From NCBI GenBank assembly GCA_047947115.1, contig CP170459.1:2144001-2208000 (forward strand): DNA of 64,000 nucleotides, written 5' to 3'. The position numbers and the translations under genes are program-made. Every line of letters begins with the position of its first letter. Within the stretch, counting starts at the first letter, position 1. Under the pieces are notes generated by a model. It was not told the origin of the DNA, did no database searches, and worked only from the letters and a program-made list of their open reading frames with translations. Source of the DNA: Verrucomicrobiota bacterium. Its GTDB lineage: Bacteria; Verrucomicrobiota; Verrucomicrobiia; Limisphaerales; AAA164-E04. Shown one piece after another: positions 28,689 to 38,618 of this stretch.

Positions 28689-31046
28689 ATGAAATCCTCG
28701 GGTTTTTCCAATAAATTGCTGTGGCTCCTTCCTATCCTGCTGGCTTTCCTGGTGGGCATGACCGGTTGGTGGGCTAATCGTCGTATCGGTGATGCCATCA
28801 AGGTCTCCCTGCGACGAGATATGGAATCCGCTCTGGCTGCCAATGTCACAGCGCTCGAAATATGGTTCGAGAATCAAAAAAAATTGGTGAAATCCATTGC
28901 CAATGACCCTGAAATTCGATCCCAGGCCCTGCAGCTGATCGCCGATCCGGATGCTTTTCAACTTCAAGCCATGCTTCATTCCGGACCGCTTGAGGAAGGT
29001 AGTTTCGAAGCTTGCCTGCAGCAGAGGGTCAATGAAATTGAATATTTCTATGCATTTCTGGCCAATCCCAATATGGAGGTGGTGCATCATTTTCTGGGGA
29101 AACCTCCCAAATCTCTGGAAAAGTTGCCGGAAACCTTGCAGCCCAAATTGAAGCAAGTGGTCGAGTCCAATGAGGCCGTTGTGATCACGCCGTTCAAACG
29201 CCCGATCCCCGGCCCCGCAAGAAAAGGGGGGAGAGGCGTTGAACGATCCCCGCGTTTTCAGGAGGACCAGCAGGCTGGCGGGCGTTTCCATGGACCTGAT
29301 CCATCTGATTTTCCGCCCGATCGCATTCGTTCCCCCAGGCGGGAGGGTGGTCCTTCGGGGGGGGCGAAGGTTTCCGCGTCAGATTCCGGATCATCTCATG
29401 GAACTCATGCAGCAGGACACCATGATGCAGGTGGCCGCACCTGTTGCGGGGGAGGATGGAGAGGTGAAAGGCATCATTGCTTTCTTTATTGATCCGGAAC
29501 GTGAATTCTCCCGGATCATGTCCGTGGCACGACCGGGCGAAAGCGGCGAGACATATGCATTTGATGCGTCCGGTCTGATGGTTTCCATGAGCCGGTTTGA
29601 TGATCAATTGAGATCCATCGGATTACTGGACAAAAACAGCAACGCTTCTTCTGCCTTGAATTTATACCTGAGAGACCCGGGCAACGCATTGTCCTCCGGC
29701 GATGTGGTGGACAGAGAGGTTTCCGGAGATTGGCCCCTTACACTTGTGGCACAGACTACACTGGATCATGTGAACATGCCGGACACTTCCTCCATCAGTC
29801 AGTCGTTTCAGAAAACGGTGGTGGAGCCGTTCCGGGATTATCGGGGGGTGGATGTCGTGGCTGCCTGGACCTGGTTGCCGAAATACCAACTCGGCATGGC
29901 GACCCAGATTGATGCACAGGAAGCGTATCGTCCTTTGCTGATGTTGCGCTGGGTGTTCATCGTTCTCATCCTGCTTTTGCTGCTGGCATCAGTGGTGATC
30001 TTTCTGATCTCGGTGTTGAATGTCCGATGGAAAAAGAAGTTGGCAGAGGTGCAATTGGAAGCAAAGCGTTTGGGGCAATATCATCTGGAAGACAAGATTG
30101 GTGAAGGGGCATGGGATCGGTCTATCGTGCCCGGCATGCATTGCTCAGGCGCGAAACTGCGGTCAAGTTGCTGACGCCGGACAAGGCGGACGAACTCTCG
30201 CTTCAACGATTTGAGCGCGAGGTCAAATTGACAAGCCAGCTCACGCATCCCAATACTATACAGATTTACGATTATGGGCACACCCCGGAAGGGTTGTTTT
30301 ATTATGCCATGGAGTATCTGGATGGAGTAAATCTGAAGGAGCTTGTCATCAGGGATGGTCCTCAATCCTCCTCACGCGTGGTGCACATACTGCGGCAGAT
30401 ATGTGATTCCCTTCAGGAAGCGCACCGTGCTGGACTGATTCATCGGGACATCAAGCCTGCCAACATCATCCTGTGTGAACGAGGCGGTGTTCCGGATTTT
30501 GTCAAGGTGCTGGACTTCGGTTTGGTGCGTCACTATGGGGCATCGAACAAAGACAAGACCCAGGTTACCATGACCAGCACCGTTAGCGGCACGCCTCAAT
30601 TTTTGGCTCCGGAGGCCATTCGGAATCCGGACGATGCCGATCCCAGAAGCGACATTTATGCCATTGGCGCCGTTGGGTATTTTCTGGTGACCGGTCATCA
30701 CGTGTTCGAGGGGCAATCCATGATGGAAATTTTTGAAAAACACCTCACCCAAGCTCCTGTTCCGCCTTCTGAAAAAGCCGGAACCGCCATGGATCCGGCA
30801 TTGGAAGCGCTCCTGCTCCAATGTCTAAGCAAAGATCTATCGCAGCGACCGCATTCTGTGGCAGAGATGGCCGAGCAATTGGCTCAATGTGAAGGCACTC
30901 CTCCGTGGACCTTGAATGACAGGGTGAATTGGTGGGCGGAATACAGGCAGTCCCAGCAGTGGGCGCGTCAAAATCCCTCAATGGTGCCTCAAACGGCGTC
31001 CTCTCAGGACAAGACCATTCTGATTGATTTCCATAGTCGGGCATAG
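28689..31046 (+). pseudogene. Membrane Ser/Thr protein kinase (TM - Cache-like sensor - TM - Hanks kinase), broken into three ORFs by two frameshifts (or assembly errors)
   Basis: ORFs 28689-29492, 29239-30174 and 30111-31046 join at a G8 tract (29357-29364, one G extra; inferred junction) and a G4 tract (30106-30109, one G missing from GEGGMG). Kinase motifs AVK, HRDIKPAN, DFG and GTPQFLAPE are intact. Confidence 0.85.
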
Positions 31047-31212
31047 TGCAACCTCTTGATTGGGATTGACATGATAGTGGAGAGTGAGGGAAGGTTGGTG
31101 CAGTTGCCTTCCTAGGGAAGGGGGGGCTGCTCTGATTCCTTTATTGGTCGAAATCTCCTGAACCATGTTCGGTAGCTTCTGGGCCAACCAAGTCAAATGA
31201 TGTCCATGTGTC

Positions 31213-31491
31213 ATGTCGCAAGTGCAACAACAGATAAGAGATCAAATCAGGACCAGGTTGACGCAGATTGTGCGTCGCCACAGGGACAAAGTGGATGATT
31301 TCGATTTGGACTCTCCGATATTTGATTCGCAATCGGGACTGGATTCCTTGGATTTGGCTGAAGTTTTTGCCTGGATGGAGCAGGCCTACGGGGTGGACCC
31401 CTTGCGTGCCAGGGAATGGTCCGTATCAACCTGGGGGGAATTCGTTGACAAGGTCCACGCCGAGATGTCGTTATCTCGATCCCATTCTTGA
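31213..31491 (+). CDS. Acyl carrier protein-like (phosphopantetheine attachment site)
   Basis: GLDSLDLAE motif; small acidic protein. Confidence 0.85.
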   Translation: MSQVQQQIRDQIRTRLTQIVRRHRDKVDDFDLDSPIFDSQSGLDSLDLAEVFAWMEQAYGVDPLRAREWSVSTWGEFVDKVHAEMSLSRSHS

Positions 31492-31525
31492 ACCGACGAA
31501 GTTTGTCAAAATGAAATGATTTTAA

Positions 31526-33409
31526 ATGCCGCCAAACCATAGAAAGAGAAGCAAATCCAGAAGTTGGAAACGCAAGTTGGAGCGCAAAGCCGGTCAATCC
31601 GCCTTCTTGTTCATCCTCGTGAACAAACCTGGCTTTCGTTATACGCTGTTGGCATTGATCCTGTGTTTTCTTGGTGCCGGATTGTACGTGGCCCCTCTTT
31701 GGAATATTGCGCCCGAAACATATGGCAAATCCGTTCGAGTCAGTTTGTATCGCATCCACGAGGCCAGGGGGTGGAAAGAAAAGGCCATCGCCGCCGCCGA
31801 ACAGGACGATCTGGAGGAAACAGCCTTTCTGCTGCGGATGGCACTGAGCAGAAACAGTCTGGACCCCGATCTTTATCGCATGGTCCTTACCAATGGGATG
31901 GCATTCGATGCCCAGAGTCCGTCAGAAATCCGGGATGTGGCCTTGAAGGGAGAGCAACTTCTCTTACTGACTGCTACCAATGCCGCCGATTTGAACCTGG
32001 TCCTCACCTACAACAGGCTCAGGGGGCAGGATAATCTGTCTGCGGGCATGCTTTTGGCCCTGCCTGACCCGACTCCGGATCAGGTCATGGAATTGTTTCA
32101 TTTGCTTTATACGTCCCGCCGTGTCGAAGACTTTGAACGTGCCTACGCATTGCATGCGGGCCGCCTGCCTGCCGACCTCAGATCCCAGGCCGATCTTTAC
32201 CAGACGGCTGTTCAGGCTCTCCAAACTCAAAGTGAGGAAAACGCGGTTGCAATGATTGATCGAATGAGAGCGGGTTCTAACTCTGCATTGGAGCGTCAAA
32301 TGCGTCTTGATGTGTATGGTCACCTGGAGGCTGTTGATTTGTTCAAGGAAGTATTTCAGGAAATTCAAAAAAACGAGGAAGACCAACCGGAACAGCACGC
32401 CTTATACTGGAAACTGCTCTCCAGTTCCGGACAGTTAATCAATGCCCGAAAACTGGCGGCGCAGTATTGGCCGCAGGTCATTCAGCACCGGTTTATTCGA
32501 TTGGAGCCTGTGGTTCAGTTGGCCAAGGCTTATTTGGATCTGGGATTGTCCGATCGGTCATGGGAGGTTTTTCAATTGGTTGAACCCACCTTTGGGGACA
32601 ACCCTCGTTACTGGATGGAATTTGGCGATTTGTTGATTGAGGCTCAACAGTGGCAGGACGTCATCAGTCACGCGGTGAAGTTGAGGACTCAAAGGGGCGG
32701 CATAGCGGACACCAAAGTTTACGCTTTTTTCATTGAGGGTTTGGCGTTGGGTAAACAGAAGATGACCATGCCTGCCACGACCGCGTTTAAACGTTTGATC
32801 GAGGAGTCCCCCCTGAAGAACGCAACGATGGTGACGAGAATGGCTCAGGGCATGGTGGAAGTGGGGCACGGAGATCTGGCCTTGGAGTTTTTGGCCTTGC
32901 ACGACGCTATGATAGAAGACCGTCCGGTGTTTTTTGACCTGATGTTCCAGGCCGCCAAATTGGCTGGAAATCCTGCCGCGTTGTCTGCTGCCATGAAATC
33001 ATTGGAGGAAGCAAGCGCCCCCGCCCCCGTGACCGCCAAGCGTCGACTGGAAAAGGCGGTGTTGATGCTTGATGACACGGAACAGCCGTTGGGGACTTTT
33101 CTTCAGGTGAGATCCGCAAGCGATTGGTCTGATTCCGAAAGGCTGTTGGTTGCCAGCGCGCGGTGGTTACAGGGTGATGTGTCCGGATTGGAAGCTCAGT
33201 TGAACAGCATCGAATCCGAGTCGCTTGCATCCCATGAAAAAGCGTTGATGACTTTGATACAGTTTGACCGACTCATCCAACTTGGACGATTGGAAGAGGC
33301 GCGCAGCCTTCTTATTTTGATGGAAGAGGATCGTTTATTTCCCGGCTATGAAGCTAAACTGGAAAGTTTAAAAATACAGTTGAACACATCCCCTCAGGAA
33401 AGCCCATAG
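31526..33409 (+). CDS. Membrane-anchored TPR-like helical-repeat protein (paralog 1)
   Basis: Basic N-terminus, one TM, WNIAPE...VRVS motif, then all-helical repeats. Confidence 0.7.
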   Translation: MPPNHRKRSKSRSWKRKLERKAGQSAFLFILVNKPGFRYTLLALILCFLGAGLYVAPLWNIAPETYGKSVRVSLYRIHEARGWKEKAIAAAEQDDLEETAFLLRMALSRNSLDPDLYRMVLTNGMAFDAQSPSEIRDVALKGEQLLLLTATNAADLNLVLTYNRLRGQDNLSAGMLLALPDPTPDQVMELFHLLYTSRRVEDFERAYALHAGRLPADLRSQADLYQTAVQALQTQSEENAVAMIDRMRAGSNSALERQMRLDVYGHLEAVDLFKEVFQEIQKNEEDQPEQHALYWKLLSSSGQLINARKLAAQYWPQVIQHRFIRLEPVVQLAKAYLDLGLSDRSWEVFQLVEPTFGDNPRYWMEFGDLLIEAQQWQDVISHAVKLRTQRGGIADTKVYAFFIEGLALGKQKMTMPATTAFKRLIEESPLKNATMVTRMAQGMVEVGHGDLALEFLALHDAMIEDRPVFFDLMFQAAKLAGNPAALSAAMKSLEEASAPAPVTAKRRLEKAVLMLDDTEQPLGTFLQVRSASDWSDSERLLVASARWLQGDVSGLEAQLNSIESESLASHEKALMTLIQFDRLIQLGRLEEARSLLILMEEDRLFPGYEAKLESLKIQLNTSPQESP

Positions 33410-33458
33410 CGACATTTTTTGCCTGCATTTGTACGGTGAGTGGATCCCCGCAAATGTT

Positions 33459-35291
33459 ATGGCAACTCAAAATAGATCAAATAAAAGGCCCCGACAGGAT
33501 CTGTCGGGGCAAAAGAACAGGGGGTTCCGGTTGTCCGGAGTCGGAATCATATTGGCGTGCTTGTGCGCTGCTATGGGGACTTTCAAAGTCTTCAAAGTAT
33601 CCCCTGAAAATACCTCGCGGGACGTGCGGGTGAGTGGCGTGGACTGTGTCCAGTCATGGTTGGCAAAGCGGCAGGCCAGAATTCATGAAGAAGCGGGCTG
33701 GTATCCTTTGGCACTGCTTGCGTGGAAATCGTGTATCTCGGATCACCCCTATCATGAATCAAACCTCATACAGGCATTGCGCGCTTATGTGCAGCTTGAG
33801 CATCCGAACCGGCACCATGTCCTTGATGTGGTGGATTATGGTCGACAGTTGTCGGAAATGATGACAGGGGAATCCCTTGATCGCATGTTTGCTCCATTGG
33901 TTCTCGTTTGGATGGGGGCTGTCACAGAAGCTGTCGATCTGGTCCTTTCCGGGCAGCCGCCCCAAAACCTGAAGCACCTGGGGGTATTGGCAGCCATCAT
34001 TCTCCTGGGCAACCGGGAGTTGCCCGACATCTGGATGAATGCTTTGAGGGATGCGCATGCGGAGGGTGATGCTTCTGCGGGTGTGCTGGGGCAATATGCC
34101 ATTGCGTTGCGTCGCGGAAATTGGAGCGATGTTTCGAGTGGCAGCATTTTGCCTGATTTCTCGTTGACGGGAATGAGTGGTGGCGAAGATCTTTTGCAGG
34201 TCCTGAAGGATAATCTTTGCTTTTGGGTGCTTTCGCAGTCTGGAACCGCCGAGGAATTGCGGCATTGGATGTCTGAATATCAGTGGTCGGGCCCCATACG
34301 TAACTGGCATCGTTTGATCTATTGGAGGAAGCAAATCGAAGCAGGTAATGAGCATCTTGTTTGGAGTGAGATCAAAGGAGGCAACCATCTGGAATGGCTC
34401 AATGTGGACCAGTTGATCGAGTGGGGAATTCTTTATCAACGATCGGATCAATCAGCCTCGTTGATTCCAAAGATCCATTCCTTGCTGAAAATGTTTCCAT
34501 CCTCACCTGACTTGCTATTCTACTATGCCTCGCTTCTTGGGCAGCATGAACGATGGGGGGACTTGCAGGCCCTTGCTGTCCGGATGCGCAGCAGGTCACT
34601 GGTTTCTAACATGGAAGGATTGTCCTTTTTCTTTGAAGCAGAGGCCTGGCGAGGGCAAAGAAATCCGCAGGCGGCTAAGGAGAGTTACCACAAATGGCTG
34701 GCCGCGCCTGTTCGGTTGCCCCGCCTTGAATGGCAGGCCGCACGAAAGATCAGGGAGGCAGGTTTGAAATATATGGCGTTGCGTCGGTTCAGGGCCTTGG
34801 AACCTTTTTATGAAGATAGTGTTTCTTTTTGGGAGGAGGTTTTTGATTTTGGAAGTGAGATGCAATGGGAGCGCTATCAATTGGATGCCTGCCGGCACTT
34901 GTGTGCGTTGCTTCCTGATTCAAAGCAATACGCGCACCATCTTGCTTCTCTTTTGCTTGCCTTGCGAAGGGATCCAGCGCTGGCCATTGCGTTGACAGGT
35001 TCCTTGATCCAGCGGTTTCCTCAGGATCGCGATCTTGCCGTGACGCATATCCATGCCCTGCTTCAAAACAACCGACTCAGGGAAACCGGCAGGGCTCTTG
35101 CCTCTTTTCATCCTGATGCTATCCCGGATCGAATCAAGGAAACCTATCAACTGGCCCGGTTTGAGACGTTTTGCCGTGAATTGAGAGTGGAGGATGCCTG
35201 TTCAATCGCCGAGATGATTCGTCCCGAAAAACTGTTTGTCCATCAGCAGATTTGGCTGGAAGAACAGGTGCAGAAATTGAAATGCCCGTGA
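33459..35291 (+). CDS. Membrane-anchored TPR-like helical-repeat protein (paralog 2)
   Basis: Basic N-terminus, one TM, FKVSPE...VRVS. WGDLQALAVRMR..FFFEAEA matches WQDVISHAVKLR..FFIEGLA in paralog 1. Confidence 0.7.
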   Translation: MATQNRSNKRPRQDLSGQKNRGFRLSGVGIILACLCAAMGTFKVFKVSPENTSRDVRVSGVDCVQSWLAKRQARIHEEAGWYPLALLAWKSCISDHPYHESNLIQALRAYVQLEHPNRHHVLDVVDYGRQLSEMMTGESLDRMFAPLVLVWMGAVTEAVDLVLSGQPPQNLKHLGVLAAIILLGNRELPDIWMNALRDAHAEGDASAGVLGQYAIALRRGNWSDVSSGSILPDFSLTGMSGGEDLLQVLKDNLCFWVLSQSGTAEELRHWMSEYQWSGPIRNWHRLIYWRKQIEAGNEHLVWSEIKGGNHLEWLNVDQLIEWGILYQRSDQSASLIPKIHSLLKMFPSSPDLLFYYASLLGQHERWGDLQALAVRMRSRSLVSNMEGLSFFFEAEAWRGQRNPQAAKESYHKWLAAPVRLPRLEWQAARKIREAGLKYMALRRFRALEPFYEDSVSFWEEVFDFGSEMQWERYQLDACRHLCALLPDSKQYAHHLASLLLALRRDPALAIALTGSLIQRFPQDRDLAVTHIHALLQNNRLRETGRALASFHPDAIPDRIKETYQLARFETFCRELRVEDACSIAEMIRPEKLFVHQQIWLEEQVQKLKCP

Positions 35292-35298
35292 TGCCAGC

Positions 35299-35601
35299 CT
35301 AAAGGACAACTTCAAATCCCTCAAACCTCGGGTGTGATAAGTGCATGCCTTCAGGTGATCGAGCCTGACTGTGGGCTTTGCGGAAAGCGTCGGATTCGGT
35401 CCAATCTACGAACACCTGACGAGAGGCCCACACGGAATGGGACACATAGGTCGTGTGGGTGTCCTCTTTCGCGCCTTTGAGCAGGTGGAATTCTTTAAAT
35501 CCGGGAACTTCATCCAGATAGGATTCCCGATTGCGCCACATTTCCTCAAAAGCGGATTCGAAGCCCGGGGCGATTTGAAAGCGATTCATTGCGATATACA
35601 T
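35299..35601 (-). CDS. Antibiotic biosynthesis monooxygenase family, IsdG/HmuQ-like heme-degrading monooxygenase
   Basis: MYIAMNRF, VPGF and W..S.AFRKAH (Asn/Trp/His triad typical of the IsdG family). Confidence 0.85.
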   Translation of the reverse strand: MYIAMNRFQIAPGFESAFEEMWRNRESYLDEVPGFKEFHLLKGAKEDTHTTYVSHSVWASRQVFVDWTESDAFRKAHSQARSPEGMHLSHPRFEGFEVVL

Positions 35602-35693
35602 CCCACAGCGTTCGCACATCCGGTTCGGCTTGTAAAGGTCGGATGCTGTTGTTTTTTCTTTCGTGAACGGATGGATCGGGGTTCAATTTCCCC

Positions 35694-36014
35694 ATGCCCT
35701 TTTATCGACATGAGGATCTGGAAGCGAAACAGCTGATTCCAGGGTTTGAAGTCCGCTTTGTGCACGGGGATTCGATGACCCTGGCTTATTGGAATATTGA
35801 TGCAAGCGCAAAACTTCCCGAGCATTCCCATCCGCACGAGCAGATATGTAACGTTATCGAAGGCGAGTTTGAGTTGGTGATTGAGGGAAAAGCCACCACC
35901 CTGCGTGCGGGCGACGTGGGGGTGATTCCTCCTTATGCCGTTCATTCAGGCATCGCTTTGACGGATTGCCGGGTGATGGATGCCTTTTCTCCCGTTCGTG
36001 AAGATTATCGTTGA
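35694..36014 (+). CDS. Cupin-2 domain protein
   Basis: PEHSHPHEQ, IPPYAVHSG and DAFSPVREDY motifs. Confidence 0.92.
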   Translation: MPFYRHEDLEAKQLIPGFEVRFVHGDSMTLAYWNIDASAKLPEHSHPHEQICNVIEGEFELVIEGKATTLRAGDVGVIPPYAVHSGIALTDCRVMDAFSPVREDYR

Positions 36015-36027
36015 TGAATGTTTAAAC

Positions 36028-37110
36028 ATGAAACCTTTGTCCTCTCCCACCAATCGTAGAACTTTTCTCAAGGAATCCGTCGCCTCGGCCGCAGTGGTCG
36101 GTTTGAAATCGGGTGGATTTGCTCAAGGCAACGCATCTCCCATAAAGGTGGGCCAGATCGGAACCTCCCATGCGCATGCCAGCGGCAAATGGCAGGCGAT
36201 GAAGCGTTGTGAGGATTTTGAAGTTGTCGGGTTGGCGGAGGTGAATGAAGAGCATGCCCATGCTGTCCGTGCTGCATCCAATGTATACGCCGATGCCCGA
36301 TGGATGTCGGTGGAATCCTTATTGGCGGTTCCGGATCTCCGCATGATTGCGGTGGAAACGCACGTTCGTGATTTGCTCGCCATCGCCACGCGTTGTCTGC
36401 AGGCAGGAAAACACATCCACCTGGACAAACCTGCAGGCAGTGATTTGGCGCTGTTTAAACGAGTGGTGGATTTGGCGCGTTCCCATCGTCTGTTGATTCA
36501 GATGGGATACATGTTCCGTTACAATCCCGCCTTTGAATTTTGCTTTCGAGCTGTTCGGGAAGGTTGGTTGGGGGATATTTTTGCGGTGGAAGCCGTGATG
36601 GGAAAGAAGTCCGGATCGGACGTTCGCAAGGAGCTTGCCGAGTTTGAGGGAGGCACCATGTTTGAATTGGGATGCCATGTGATTGACGCGATTGTCTACA
36701 TGCTCGGTAAACCGGACCAGGTCCATGCATTCAATCGCAAATCGATTGCCGGAGATCCACTTGTGGACAATCAACTCGCGGTGTTGGAATACCCGCATGT
36801 CGCGGTCACGGTTCGCAGCGCACTGATTGAAGTGGACGGCTTTGCCCGGCGTCAGCTGGTGGTGTGCGGCAACAAGGGAACCTTGGAAATTCGTCCGCTT
36901 GAACCACCATCCGTTCGCCTGACCTTGGAGGAATCTGTCGGCGGATACAAAAAGGGAGCTCAAAAGGTGGTGTTTCCCGGTAATGGGCGCTATGACAAAG
37001 ACTTTGAGGATATTGCCCGGGTGATGCGCGGACAACGTTCCTTTCAATTTTCCTATGAACATGATCTGGCAGTGCAGGAAACCGTGCTTCGAGCAAGCGG
37101 CATGATGTGA
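36028..37110 (+). CDS. Tat-exported Gfo/Idh/MocA oxidoreductase
   Basis: NRRTFL Tat motif; GKHIHLDKP, MGYMFRYNP and GGTMFELGCH motifs. Confidence 0.9.
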   Translation: MKPLSSPTNRRTFLKESVASAAVVGLKSGGFAQGNASPIKVGQIGTSHAHASGKWQAMKRCEDFEVVGLAEVNEEHAHAVRAASNVYADARWMSVESLLAVPDLRMIAVETHVRDLLAIATRCLQAGKHIHLDKPAGSDLALFKRVVDLARSHRLLIQMGYMFRYNPAFEFCFRAVREGWLGDIFAVEAVMGKKSGSDVRKELAEFEGGTMFELGCHVIDAIVYMLGKPDQVHAFNRKSIAGDPLVDNQLAVLEYPHVAVTVRSALIEVDGFARRQLVVCGNKGTLEIRPLEPPSVRLTLEESVGGYKKGAQKVVFPGNGRYDKDFEDIARVMRGQRSFQFSYEHDLAVQETVLRASGMM

Positions 37111-37244
37111 CAATGAAGTAATTGGTCGGCTATAATTTTGCGTTTCCTTCATGGAATTTCCCCGTCAATGAGGCATGTTACCATTGGGGATAAATAAAAG
37201 AGCTGGATTGGAGGGGCAATGCCAGCGAAATGAAAGGATCGGTT

Positions 37245-37529
37245 ATGCTTGCCAAATATCATATCGAATACACGGTGAGGTTGGGAAAACGTGATCAGAT
37301 GCACCACCTCAAAACGGACGATCCGGTTGCATGCGAGGAGTATTTGACGGAACTGCTCGACCGGGGATTTCACATCAAGCAAATCCTGCATGAAGGTGTG
37401 GCGCTTTCTCCGATTGATTCGGACAGAATGATCAAGACGGCGGCGGGATTGTTGGCGGCCCGGAAAATCTGTCAGTGCCTGAATATTAAACCAGAAGAGG
37501 AAAAATACCGCTTCGGTTTTTCTGCCTGA
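37245..37529 (+). CDS. Small hypothetical protein
   Basis: AAAGGA RBS upstream of ATG 37245; protein-like composition (TDDPVACEEYLTELL...RFGF). Confidence 0.7.
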   Translation: MLAKYHIEYTVRLGKRDQMHHLKTDDPVACEEYLTELLDRGFHIKQILHEGVALSPIDSDRMIKTAAGLLAARKICQCLNIKPEEEKYRFGFSA

Positions 37530-37895
37530 CCGGGTTCTTGTGAACTCGTGCTGCTGACGCTGTTGCGGATTGCTGCAACCATGCGGGCACATCGTCTTGT
37601 GAATGAGGGAGGTGTTCGTGGTTCGCGGACTGCGGGGAGACTGGGAACAGTGAAATGATTGATGCGCTTCCATTGCAGCCTGAAAATGGCTCCAATGCTC
37701 TATGGTTTGAAGTGGGAGTAAGGCGGCACATCCTCCTCCGATAATGGGTTTCCATTTTTTGAGCTGCGTCCTTGCGGAACGGGCCTTTGATTGAGGGCTT
37801 GCCTTTCCTGACTGAAAAATGATTAAATCTCCGCCTTTCTCACGAAAAACAAGTTCGGGAGAAGTGAAGGCAGCAATCATTTTGGATTTATATTT

Positions 37896-38453
37896 ATGGC
37901 CACAGCAAACGATTTGAGAAAAGGGATGGCGATCAACTACAACGGTGATGTCAGCGTCATCCTTGACATGCAACATCGCACCCCCGGTAATCTCCGGGCT
38001 TTTGTGCAGGTGATCATGCGCAGCATCCGTTCGGGTAAATCATCCGATGTCCGTTTCAGTTCCACTGAAAAAGTTGAAATTGTTCCATTGTTCACCAAAA
38101 AGATGGAGTTCAGTTACATGGATCGGGAAGATTTTGTGTTCTGCGATCCTGAAACTTATGAGATGGTGACCATCACCCCTGATATTGTTGGGGATGCCAA
38201 GAATTACTTGACCGAAAATGGCGAAATCACCGTCACCTTCATCGAAGAACGGGCGGTGATGATTGAAATTCCGCCAAGTGTGACCTTGACCGTTTCCGAA
38301 GCCCCGGAAGGCATTAAAGGTGACTCGGCGAATAATGTACAAAAGCCGGTCACACTCGAAACAGGTATCAGCATTCAGGCTCCTTTGTTCATCAAAACGG
38401 GTGAGAAGATCCGTGTGGACACCCGAACAGGTAAATACATGGAGCGCGCCTGA
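37896..38453 (+). CDS. efp: Elongation factor P (PGN-type loop)
   Basis: ANDLRKGM, HRTPGNLRAFVQ, GIKGDSA, KPVTLETG and VDTRTGKYMERA motifs. Confidence 0.97.
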   Translation: MATANDLRKGMAINYNGDVSVILDMQHRTPGNLRAFVQVIMRSIRSGKSSDVRFSSTEKVEIVPLFTKKMEFSYMDREDFVFCDPETYEMVTITPDIVGDAKNYLTENGEITVTFIEERAVMIEIPPSVTLTVSEAPEGIKGDSANNVQKPVTLETGISIQAPLFIKTGEKIRVDTRTGKYMERA

Positions 38454-38474
38454 TCCAGTTGTTTCGCTTTAATC

Positions 38475-38507
38475 AAAAAGGGATCTCCACTTGGGAGATC
38501 CCTTTTT
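38475..38507. terminator. Bidirectional rho-independent terminator
   Basis: AAAAAGGGATCTCC-acttg-GGAGATCCCTTTTT. Confidence 0.9.
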
Positions 38508-38618
38508 AGTTGAGTTTTAAAAGTCTCCCGGTATGGGAGTCATCGAGGTGGAGAGCGGTCCAAGGTGACGCACCAGGGACCTCATGTCCTGCTTCTGATG
38601 AAGCCCTCTTGTTTGATT

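Noticed and set aside
37149..37976. 275-aa minus-strand ORF
   Set aside because: Overlaps the efp start and the 37245 gene on the opposite strand; composition is not protein-like.
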